From positions 1,120,001 through 1,184,000 of the forward strand of contig CBDBMJ010000001.1 of NCBI GenBank assembly GCA_965207455.1: a stretch of DNA of 64,000 nt, given 5' to 3'. Shown in pieces: positions 41,019 through 49,856 of the stretch. Position 1 is the first letter of the stretch, and every line of letters starts with the position of its first letter. This DNA is from Bdellovibrionota bacterium. GTDB lineage: Bacteria > Bdellovibrionota > UBA1018 > CAIPTA01 > JAALKR01. The translations under genes and the position numbers were made by a program. The notes below the pieces were generated by a model, which searched no databases, had not been told where the DNA came from, and saw nothing but the letters and a program-made list of their open reading frames with translations.

Positions 41019-41942
41019 ATGAGTACTCCCACTAGGATAAAAAAACCACCTTGGCTTCGGGTGCGTCCCCCCTCAGGCGAAAATTATAAAAAAATACAGA
41101 GCATGCTCCATAAGCGAACCTTATATACCGTATGTGAAGAAGCCCGTTGCCCTAATATTGGGGAATGTTGGGCAGGAGGAACGGCCACCATTATGGTCAT
41201 GGGGGATACTTGCACCCGGGGATGTAGATTCTGTAACGTAAAGTCTGGAAACCCAAACGGTTACTTAGATCCCAAGGAACCTGTAAAAGTAGCCCAATCT
41301 CTGAAAGAAATGTCTCTGGAGTATGTGGTGATCACCACCGTCGATCGGGATGATCTTCCCGACCAAGGTGCCCAACACTTTGCCCGTATTATTAAAGAAG
41401 TAAAAAAGCAAAATCCAAAGCTCCTAGTGGAAGCCCTAGCTGGAGATTTTCAGGGCAATAGCGCTTGTTTGCATACTCTCCTGGACTCAGGGTTGGAGGT
41501 TTACTCCCATAATGTGGAAACCGTGGAGCGACTCACACCCAAGGTCAGAGACAGGAGAGCCACCTACTTGCAATCCCTATCCATGCTGGAGGAAGCAAAA
41601 AAATATTCTGCGAACATTGTCACTAAATCTTCCATTATGCTTGGGCTGGGAGAGGAAAGACATGAAGTCATAAAAACCATGCAGGATGTGAGAAATACGG
41701 GCGCAGAAATTTTCACCCTGGGGCAATACCTACAACCTAGCTCGAAACACCTAGCCGTCAGCCGTTACGTCCTCTTGGAAGAATTTCAAGAATATGAAAC
41801 AATTGGGAAAGAAATGGGATATGCGTTTGTGGCCAGTGGTCCTCTCGTGCGAAGTTCCTACCGTGCAGGAGAATATTTTTTAAAGTCGTTCTTAAAGGAG
41901 CGATTGGAAACCAATAAACAAATGGAGAAAATATGGAATTAA
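41019..41942 (+). CDS. lipA: Lipoyl synthase
   Basis: CEEARCPNIGEC, CTRGCRFC, RSSY. Confidence 0.97.
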   Translation: MSTPTRIKKPPWLRVRPPSGENYKKIQSMLHKRTLYTVCEEARCPNIGECWAGGTATIMVMGDTCTRGCRFCNVKSGNPNGYLDPKEPVKVAQSLKEMSLEYVVITTVDRDDLPDQGAQHFARIIKEVKKQNPKLLVEALAGDFQGNSACLHTLLDSGLEVYSHNVETVERLTPKVRDRRATYLQSLSMLEEAKKYSANIVTKSSIMLGLGEERHEVIKTMQDVRNTGAEIFTLGQYLQPSSKHLAVSRYVLLEEFQEYETIGKEMGYAFVASGPLVRSSYRAGEYFLKSFLKERLETNKQMEKIWN

Positions 41943-43108
41943 TACTCCCAGATTTAGGGGAAGGCATTATAGAGGGTGAGATTGTTCAATGGTTGGTAAA
42001 CACTGGCGACGCAGTGGCAGAGGATCAGGTGGTGTTGGAAATAATGACAGACAAAGCTACCGTGGAGATTCCCTCGGTTACTGCTGGAACCGTGAGTGAA
42101 ATCCTAGCAAATCCGGGCGACATCGTGAAGGTGGGCATGGTTATCATGCGCCTAGGAGGAGCGAAAGGTGCACCCAAGAGTGGTGCAGTTTCCAAGGCAC
42201 CAGCGCCGGCAACAACACCAGCACCAAAAATAAATTCCGTCCCCGTCCTACCGGGTTCTGTCCTAGCAGCACCCTCGGTACGAAAAGCAGCACGAGAAAA
42301 AAATATCGACCTTCAAGGTATTAACGGCAGTGGTCCCAGTGGCAGGATTCTTCACAACGACCTTCAACACAGCAACCAAGCCCAAACCACCCCCATAGGT
42401 GCACGCATGGAAAAAGTACCTCTACGGGGATTGCGCAAACGAATTGCTGAAAAAATGGCTCTCTCCAAACAAAAAGCAGCCCACTTTACCTGTGTGGAAG
42501 AAGTGGATGTAACGGAGTTGGTGGCTTTCCGAAATTCCATTAAAGATGCTGCCAAAGCGCAAGGATCGAATATTACCTTTATGCCCTTTATTATGAAAGC
42601 CTGTGTGCTGGGTCTAAAAAAATATCCCATACTCAATGCCACCCTTCACGAAGAAAGGGAAATTCACTATAAGCATTATTTTAACTTTGGTGTTGCTGTG
42701 GACACAGAAGATGGACTCACGGTTCCCGTAGTGGCCGACGTGGATAAAAAAAGCATTATAGAAATTGCCAGAAATATTAAGGAACTCAGTGGTCGTGCCC
42801 ATGCCTCCAAATTAACTATGGACGATTTTAAAGATGGCACTTTCACTATCTCCAATGCGGGAAAAGTGGGTGGACTTTTTGCCACACCCATTATTAATTA
42901 TCCCGAACTTGCCATTCTTGGAGTACACGAAATCCGAAAACGTCCCATGGTGGTAGACGACACTATCGTCATTCGAAATATGCTCTACCTATCCATTTCC
43001 TTAGACCACCGAATCGTTGACGGAGCTATTGGTATCCGTTTCCTCAATGAAATGATTAACTACCTATCCAATCCAAAAGCTTTTATTGGGAGCTTTGTAA
43101 ACCCGTAA
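41933..43108 (+). CDS. 2-oxoacid dehydrogenase E2 (dihydrolipoamide acyltransferase)
   Basis: Lipoyl domain TDKA, PSBD GSGPSGRI, catalytic DHRIVDG. Confidence 0.93.
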   Translation: MELILPDLGEGIIEGEIVQWLVNTGDAVAEDQVVLEIMTDKATVEIPSVTAGTVSEILANPGDIVKVGMVIMRLGGAKGAPKSGAVSKAPAPATTPAPKINSVPVLPGSVLAAPSVRKAAREKNIDLQGINGSGPSGRILHNDLQHSNQAQTTPIGARMEKVPLRGLRKRIAEKMALSKQKAAHFTCVEEVDVTELVAFRNSIKDAAKAQGSNITFMPFIMKACVLGLKKYPILNATLHEEREIHYKHYFNFGVAVDTEDGLTVPVVADVDKKSIIEIARNIKELSGRAHASKLTMDDFKDGTFTISNAGKVGGLFATPIINYPELAILGVHEIRKRPMVVDDTIVIRNMLYLSISLDHRIVDGAIGIRFLNEMINYLSNPKAFIGSFVNP

Positions 43109-44523
43109 TGGAAAAGAGTTTTCAAGCAGTAGTGATTGGAGCGGGACCGGGAGGTTATGTCTGTGCCATTAAACTTGCCCAATTGGGCATACAAACCGCA
43201 ATTATAGAACGGGACCAACTAGGGGGAGTTTGCTTAAACGTGGGTTGCATTCCATCCAAAGCTCTTATACAAGCCTCCTCTGTCTATGAGTCTATCCAAC
43301 ACAGCAGCCGTTTTGGATTTATGAACACAGACAAAGTAAAAATAGATTTTAAAAAGCTCCAAGAATGGAAAACTGGAGTTGTGAGTAAGCTCACCTCAGG
43401 TGTGGGTCAGTTACTCAAGGGAAATAAAGTAACCGTTGTCAAAGGGGAGGCTACGTTTCTATCCCCCACAGAATTAGAAGTACGTTCTCAGAGTGGAGTG
43501 GAAACAATCACGGCCCAGCACTTTATTATTGCCACAGGATCCAGCCCCATTGAGCTTCCACCTTTTCCTTTCGACGAGCAAAATATTCTATCCTCTACGG
43601 GCGGTCTCCTAGTGGATGCCCCCATTCAGTCCCTTCTCGTGGTGGGAGGAGGTTATATTGGTCTGGAGATTGGCACCTATTTAGCCAAGCTTGGCACCGA
43701 AGTAACCATTGTGGAAGCAGAAGATCGACTCCTATCCACCTACGACGAAGACGTTGCTAACGTTGTGATTAAAAATATAAAAAAACAAGGTGTAAAGGTA
43801 ATCACAAGTGCATTAGCAAAGTCGGTGAAAAAGAAAAAAAACCAACAGGAGGTGAGCCTAGAAATAGATGGAGAAATCCACACTCTTTCCGTAGAAAAAA
43901 TTCTTGTAACTGTGGGGCGCAAACCCAATCCCATGGCTGGAATAGAAAACACAGGCGTGAAAACAGAAAATGGATTTATCCCTGTGGACAGTCAATTGAG
44001 AACAAATATTCCCAATATTTACGCCATTGGCGATGTGGCAGGACAACCCATGCTTGCCCATAAAGCGTCTAAAGAAGCTCAAGTGGTGGCAGAAGTAATT
44101 GCCCAAAAACCAGGTGCCCTATACGACGTGCGCGCCATGCCTGCCGTAATTTTTTGCGACCCAGAAATTGCCACCGTAGGCATGAACGAAAGGGAAGCCA
44201 AAAGGGCTGGAATAGAAACCATGGTGGGTGTTTTTCCCTTTGCTGCTCTCGGAAAATCCATTGCTACCCAAGAAACAACAGGCTTTGCAAAAATTATTGG
44301 CAATAAAGCAACGGGACAAATGATTGGCGCTGCTATCGTCGGTCACAATGCTTCTGCACTGATTGGGGAATGTGCTCTTGGCTTAGAAGCTGGTCTACAG
44401 GTAGAGGATTTTGCCCTCACCGTACACGCCCACCCCACACTCTCCGAAGCCATAATGGAGGCAGCAGAAGTAGCCCTCGATCACCCTCTACATATTATGC
44501 CCAAACGAAGCAAAAAAACCTAA
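43108..44523 (+). CDS. lpdA: Dihydrolipoyl dehydrogenase
   Basis: GGVCLNVGCIPSK, HAHPTLSE. Confidence 0.97.
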   Translation: MEKSFQAVVIGAGPGGYVCAIKLAQLGIQTAIIERDQLGGVCLNVGCIPSKALIQASSVYESIQHSSRFGFMNTDKVKIDFKKLQEWKTGVVSKLTSGVGQLLKGNKVTVVKGEATFLSPTELEVRSQSGVETITAQHFIIATGSSPIELPPFPFDEQNILSSTGGLLVDAPIQSLLVVGGGYIGLEIGTYLAKLGTEVTIVEAEDRLLSTYDEDVANVVIKNIKKQGVKVITSALAKSVKKKKNQQEVSLEIDGEIHTLSVEKILVTVGRKPNPMAGIENTGVKTENGFIPVDSQLRTNIPNIYAIGDVAGQPMLAHKASKEAQVVAEVIAQKPGALYDVRAMPAVIFCDPEIATVGMNEREAKRAGIETMVGVFPFAALGKSIATQETTGFAKIIGNKATGQMIGAAIVGHNASALIGECALGLEAGLQVEDFALTVHAHPTLSEAIMEAAEVALDHPLHIMPKRSKKT

Positions 44524-44526
44524 GCC

Positions 44527-45174
44527 ATGCATATTGAAACCTTGGGAACAGTCCCCTACCCAGCAGCTTGGAAACTACAACATCAATATGTGGAAGCTCG
44601 CGCAAACAACGAAATAGAGGATACCCTTCTCACCCTAGAACATCCCCATAGCATCACCATGGGACGAAAATCCCCTGAGTTTACAACACTGAAAGCCCAG
44701 GGTGCCACCAAGTGGAAAGAACTTTCCCTATTTATGGTGGAACGTGGAGGCATGACCACATACCACGGTCCCGGTCAAATTATTCTCTACCCAATCTTCC
44801 GACTTCCCGAAGGATCAGGCCCCAAGGCCTTTCTAAGGCTCTTGGAAAAAACAGTGATACAAACCCTAAAAACATTTAACCTCGACGGCTACGCCGTAAA
44901 AGATAAAACAGGTGTTTGGATCCAAGATAAACAAGGACGGGAAAGAAAAATCGCCTCCATGGGAATTGCAGTTCGAAAATCAGTGACCTACCATGGACTT
45001 GCACTCAATGTAACCACGGACACTCGCTACTTCCAAACAATCCAACCCTGCGGCTTTGAGCCCTCTGTAATGGTAACCATGGAAGAACTCTTGGAACAAA
45101 GCCCATCTCTTGTTGAAGTCACTCATCAGATGAGCACCACCCTATGCTCTTTATTTAAAGGACAGTGGTGGTGA
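44527..45174 (+). CDS. lipB: Octanoyltransferase
   Basis: RGGMTTYHGPGQ, KIASMG, HGLALN, PCG. Confidence 0.95.
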   Translation: MHIETLGTVPYPAAWKLQHQYVEARANNEIEDTLLTLEHPHSITMGRKSPEFTTLKAQGATKWKELSLFMVERGGMTTYHGPGQIILYPIFRLPEGSGPKAFLRLLEKTVIQTLKTFNLDGYAVKDKTGVWIQDKQGRERKIASMGIAVRKSVTYHGLALNVTTDTRYFQTIQPCGFEPSVMVTMEELLEQSPSLVEVTHQMSTTLCSLFKGQWW

Positions 45175-45878
45175 AATTCTCTCCTCCTCTTATTCCCGGC
45201 ACTCTTCAGAAAAGGTGGAAGCGATTTCTTGCCGAAGTGGTGCTAAAGGACGGATCGTTAGTGACCGTACATTGTCCCAACCCGGGCAGTATGCGAGGAA
45301 ATGCCATACCCGGCTCCAAAGTTCTCCTCTTAGACACAGGTAAAGATCACCTTCAAAAAGGCAGAAAGCTCCGCTACCGATGGACTATTGCTCAAACCAA
45401 TGCAAACCCCGTTTGCATCGACACCTCCATTAGTAACCACGTTGTCCAAAAAGCACTGATGGAAAAAAAAATTCCAGAACTGAGCCACTACACCAACATA
45501 GAAGCCGAATACTCCATTGGAAACTCACGCCTAGATTTCCTACTACACACCAACCACAAATCCCCATGCTTTCTAGAAGTGAAAAGCGTGAGCATGGTGG
45601 AAAATGGAATTGCCTATTTCCCGGACAGTGTTACCAAGCGAGGACAAAAACACCTTATGGAACTCATGGAACTCAAACACCAAGGCCACCGAAGCGTGAT
45701 ATTTTTTCTCGTCCAATGCTCTGGACTACAAACCATGCGTCCAGCCGACCATATCGACCCAGTCTATGGCAAAACACTGAGAGCCGCTGCCAACCTGGGA
45801 GTAGAAATCCTAGCCTACGATATTAAAGTCCAATCCCAAGAGATACAATGGGGCAAGAGGATTACAGTGGAGTTATAA
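45165..45878 (+). CDS. sfsA: SfsA-family nuclease-like protein
   Basis: KRFLA, HCPNPGSM, EVKSV, FPDSVTKRGQKHL. Confidence 0.93.
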   Translation: MVVKFSPPLIPGTLQKRWKRFLAEVVLKDGSLVTVHCPNPGSMRGNAIPGSKVLLLDTGKDHLQKGRKLRYRWTIAQTNANPVCIDTSISNHVVQKALMEKKIPELSHYTNIEAEYSIGNSRLDFLLHTNHKSPCFLEVKSVSMVENGIAYFPDSVTKRGQKHLMELMELKHQGHRSVIFFLVQCSGLQTMRPADHIDPVYGKTLRAAANLGVEILAYDIKVQSQEIQWGKRITVEL

Positions 45879-46206
45879 AAATTGCCTTACAAGGAATTAT
45901 TGTTCTTACGAATAATAGCCCTTCTAGAAATAATAGCAACAGAAAAAGGGGTTGTCGGTTTTAATGTATCCCAACTACTTTCTTGCTTTTTGTCCTCTAG
46001 TGTAGTGGAAGCACCCATTGACTCACAAAAAAATCTCCCGAAAGGCCGTATTTTAAATAAGTTATAGATCGACCGTACCATAATGCAGTCCTAAGAAAAT
46101 ACCGCTAAAAAAATTAACAATATATTTATTAGTAATACTGGAACTCTATAGTAAGAGTGCCAAGCCATATAAAGCTATATTCTTTAAAGGTTTTAGCGGC
46201 CCTTTT

Positions 46207-46343
46207 TTGTGCCCTCCTCCTGAACTGTTCGGAAATTCCGAACAGTTGAACTAAGGAAGCTTGCTTTTGTCCGCCACTACACCAAGACCACCGAAGCATG
46301 ATATTTTTTCTCGTCCAATGCTCTGGACTACAAACCATGCGTC
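46207..46343. repeat. Intergenic mosaic: 46 bp copy of internal rhuM sequence plus 65 bp copy of internal sfsA sequence
   Basis: 46207-46252 = 47212-47257 exactly; 46279-46343 matches 45677-45741 with 2 mismatches. Confidence 0.9.
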
Positions 46344-46432
46344 GTATATCATCAGGAATACTTAAAGCAATTTTTCAACTGTATAAGGGTCTAAATTTCT
46401 AATACTTTCAATTGAAAGAACATATTGTGATG

Positions 46433-47464
46433 TCATGACTTCTCACTCTTTAGGATTTTTTTCATTTCTTTTTCAAAATCGGACTCAATTTCTTGAGTTT
46501 TATTAAACTCCTTATATTCATTTATAGCCTTATCATTTGCTTTTTTCCTAGAAATAGCACTCTTGCCATGCAATATCTTGTATTCATTAAAATTTAAAAA
46601 TTTATCCACACTGCCAGCAAGATTCTCCATGGTAAAGGTTTGACGGTTTTCAATAATATTTTCTATATAATCAAAAAAACCAGAAACGGTCCTCTCCAAT
46701 TTTCTGATCTCTTCTTCTTCTAAGTAGTTCTTTGCTACAGTTACATCACTGGACAAAACTCTTCCCTTGGGCGCATTTTTCCAAGTGGAGAGCCCCATAT
46801 GGGGCTGTCTATGATCAGTCTTATCATAAACAATCTCTGCAGCTGTTTTGCCAGTCATGGCAAAATGAAATTTATTCTGTACCATCGCATAGAAGTTTTT
46901 TGTGATTTCTGAACTGGGATTGTAGTCGATACTACACTCAGCAAAAATATCAGTAATCTGTAAATAAACTCTCCGCTCACTTGCCCTGATGGAACGAACT
47001 TTTTCCAGCAATTCTTGAAAGTAGTCTTTGCCAAAAACTTGCGAACCCTGTTTAAGACGTTCATCATCCACCACAAATCCCTTGATAATATATTCCTTAA
47101 GGATTTTAGTGGCCCATATTCGAAACTGAATGGCTCTCTTAGAATTGACACGATAGCCTACGGCAATAATGGCATCGAGATCATAGTACTCTAAGAGGCG
47201 CTTCACATTTCTTGTGCCCTCCTCCTGAACTGTTCGGAAATTCCGAACAGTTGAACTTCGCTCTAACTCGTTGGAATCATAGATATTTTTCAAATGCTCA
47301 CTAATAGTCGTTTTGGATACATGAAACAATTCAGCAATGAGCTTCTGCGTCAGCCACAGTGTTTCATTTTGCAGAAAAACCTGCAATTTAACCTCATCAT
47401 CGGGAGTTGTATAGAAAAGAAAATTTTTGCTTATTGAGATGTCTTGTTCGCTACCCATGCCCAC
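46433..47464 (-). CDS. rhuM: RhuM-family protein
   Basis: WLTQK, LDAIIAVGYRVNS, IRASERR, VQNKFH, WKNAP, AKNYL. Confidence 0.9.
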   Translation of the reverse strand: MGMGSEQDISISKNFLFYTTPDDEVKLQVFLQNETLWLTQKLIAELFHVSKTTISEHLKNIYDSNELERSSTVRNFRTVQEEGTRNVKRLLEYYDLDAIIAVGYRVNSKRAIQFRIWATKILKEYIIKGFVVDDERLKQGSQVFGKDYFQELLEKVRSIRASERRVYLQITDIFAECSIDYNPSSEITKNFYAMVQNKFHFAMTGKTAAEIVYDKTDHRQPHMGLSTWKNAPKGRVLSSDVTVAKNYLEEEEIRKLERTVSGFFDYIENIIENRQTFTMENLAGSVDKFLNFNEYKILHGKSAISRKKANDKAINEYKEFNKTQEIESDFEKEMKKILKSEKS

Positions 47465-47473
47465 TCCTTTGTC

Positions 47474-48760
47474 CTATGGAAAAACCCCTCGCAAAAGCAT
47501 GGCTTGCTCTAAGCGAGATACGGCTCGTACTAGAGCGGCTGCCCTCATGTCGCATTCATACTTTTCTGCCGTTTCATAGACCTCATGAAATGCCTTGGTG
47601 ATTAAATGCTCTAGTCGTTGGTTCACTTGATCCTCGCTCCAAAAAAAACTTTGAAGATCCTGAACCCATTCAAAATAACTCACCATCACACCACCCGCGT
47701 TGGCAAGAATATCGGGAATTACAAGAACTCCTTTTTTTATGAGAACCTCATGGGCCTCCAATGTAACAGGACCGTTGGCACCCTCTCCAATAATAGAAGC
47801 CTTTACCTTGTCGGCATTTTTCATCGTCAATACACCATCCAAAGCACAGGGAAGTAAAATATCTAAATCCAATAAAAGAAGCTCCTTGTTGGATATGGCG
47901 TCCGCATCCGGATAACCTTTTAAAGACTTGTTTGTAGCGACATAATCAGCACAACTTAAAATATCCAAACCACTCTCTTTATAAATACCACCATCCACAT
48001 CACTAACTGCCACAACTCTACAACCTAGTTTTGCCATTTCACGAGCTGCCACTAGACCAACTTTACCAAAACCCTGGACTGCCACCGTGGTATCCCTAGA
48101 AGCAGGAATATTCTTTTTCTTCATTCCCTCCACAACACAAAATACTAAACCCCGTCCCGTGCTTTCCTCTCGTCCCAAAGAACCCCCGATAACCAAGGGT
48201 TTGCCCGTAACCACGCCCGGAATAGCATAGCCACGATTCTGAGAGTAAGTATCCATCATCCAAGCCATAATTTGAGCATCGGTGCCCACATCAGGAGCAG
48301 GAATATCCTCATTAGGACCAATCACCTTATTAATTTCTGTAGCAAACCTCCGGGTAAGCGCCTGCTTTTCCACACGAGAAAGATAGGAAGGATTTACCCT
48401 CACACCACCCTTTGCTCCCCCAAGAGGTAAACTCACTAAAGAACATTTCATCGTCATTAACATCGCAAGACCAGCCATTTCCGAAAGAGTTACATCTTGA
48501 TGAAAACGAATCCCACCCTTGGAAGGACCCAAGGTCATATTATGCTGTACTCGAAAACCCTCAAACGTATGTATAAAACCATTGTCCAAACGAATGGGAA
48601 TACTCACCACCAAGGCACGCTTTGGAACTTTTAGGCGCTCGCCCACATTGCGATCTAAATCCGCAATCGCAATAGCACGGTCTAACTGATCCACCGCATT
48701 TTTATACAGATCACTGCCAGCCCAAATGCTAGTATCACCTTTTTTAGTAGTTTTAGACAT
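47474..48760 (-). CDS. Glu/Leu/Phe/Val dehydrogenase (probably glutamate dehydrogenase)
   Basis: KGGIRF, GGAKGG, PAPDVGT, GFGKVG, NAGGV. Confidence 0.93.
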   Translation of the reverse strand: MSKTTKKGDTSIWAGSDLYKNAVDQLDRAIAIADLDRNVGERLKVPKRALVVSIPIRLDNGFIHTFEGFRVQHNMTLGPSKGGIRFHQDVTLSEMAGLAMLMTMKCSLVSLPLGGAKGGVRVNPSYLSRVEKQALTRRFATEINKVIGPNEDIPAPDVGTDAQIMAWMMDTYSQNRGYAIPGVVTGKPLVIGGSLGREESTGRGLVFCVVEGMKKKNIPASRDTTVAVQGFGKVGLVAAREMAKLGCRVVAVSDVDGGIYKESGLDILSCADYVATNKSLKGYPDADAISNKELLLLDLDILLPCALDGVLTMKNADKVKASIIGEGANGPVTLEAHEVLIKKGVLVIPDILANAGGVMVSYFEWVQDLQSFFWSEDQVNQRLEHLITKAFHEVYETAEKYECDMRAAALVRAVSRLEQAMLLRGVFP

Positions 48761-48787
48761 ATAAATAATACCTCAACAAATACCTTA

Positions 48788-49735
48788 TTACGCTTTTTGC
48801 GCCTCTAAAAACCGTTCCGCATCTAGTGCTGCCATACAACCAGAACCAGCGGCTGTTACGGCCTGTCGATACTCATGATCCTGAGCATCTCCTGCAACAA
48901 AAAAACCCTCCACCTTTGTTTTCGTATGGTGAATAGTTTTAATATAACCCAAATCATCCATATCTACAAAATCCTTAAATAAGGACGTATTGGGCTGATG
49001 ACCAATACCGTAGAAAAGACCCGTTACAAGCAAATCACTAACCTCATTTGTTTTAAGATTTTTAACCTTTATGTGCTCTAACTGGGTTTTTCCCTCCAAC
49101 TTTTCCACCGATGAATCCCAAAGAAACTTTATTTTATCATTCTTTCTCAAACGGTGTTGCATGGCCATGGATGCGCGTAACTTGTCCCGTCGATGAATAA
49201 TGGTCACAGAGCTTGCAAATTTTGTGAGAAAACTGGCCTCCTCAGCCGCAGTATCTCCACCACCCACAACTGCCACATCCTGATCACGAAAGAAAAAACC
49301 GTCACAAGTTGCACAGGCCGAAACCCCTCGTCCCATTAACTCGGACTCCCTATCCAAACCCAATAATTTTGCAGTAGCTCCAGTGGCACAAATCAAAGAC
49401 TCCCCACGAAGGGTCTTGCCACTGCCCGTCTCTATAAGAAAAGGACGCTGCCCAAGGTCCACCCTCACAACTTCGTCCTGAATAAAACGGGTGCCAAAAC
49501 GCTCAGCCTGCTTCGTAAAACGCTCCATCATGTCCGGCCCCATCAAACCATCAGGAAAACCAGGGTAATTCTCCACATCAGTAGTAGTAGTGAGCTGCCC
49601 CCCAGGCTGAGACCCATGCACAAGCAGGGGCGCTAGGTCTGCCCTTGCCGCATAAATAGCCGCAGTAAGACCCGCTGGCCCAGAACCCAAAATAATCAAT
49701 TTCTCAGTTTTTGAATCTTCTTTAATCATATCCAT
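48788..49735 (-). CDS. trxB: Thioredoxin reductase
   Basis: GSGPAG, CATCDGFFF, GGGDTA, HRRD; start 49735 or 49729. Confidence 0.97.
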   Translation of the reverse strand: MDMIKEDSKTEKLIILGSGPAGLTAAIYAARADLAPLLVHGSQPGGQLTTTTDVENYPGFPDGLMGPDMMERFTKQAERFGTRFIQDEVVRVDLGQRPFLIETGSGKTLRGESLICATGATAKLLGLDRESELMGRGVSACATCDGFFFRDQDVAVVGGGDTAAEEASFLTKFASSVTIIHRRDKLRASMAMQHRLRKNDKIKFLWDSSVEKLEGKTQLEHIKVKNLKTNEVSDLLVTGLFYGIGHQPNTSLFKDFVDMDDLGYIKTIHHTKTKVEGFFVAGDAQDHEYRQAVTAAGSGCMAALDAERFLEAQKA

Positions 49736-49856
49736 TCTCGTACACCTAAGAAAATTCCTAAGCAAGTAGAAAAGAAGGTTTTTGAAATTACGCGAAGCAT
49801 CTATTTGTGAGCCGCTACAATTATTGGATATCTAATAATTCCCTCTATATAAATTT

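Noticed and set aside
45882..46338. Short ORFs between sfsA and rhuM
   Set aside because: No recognisable motifs; part of the region is a mosaic of copied fragments
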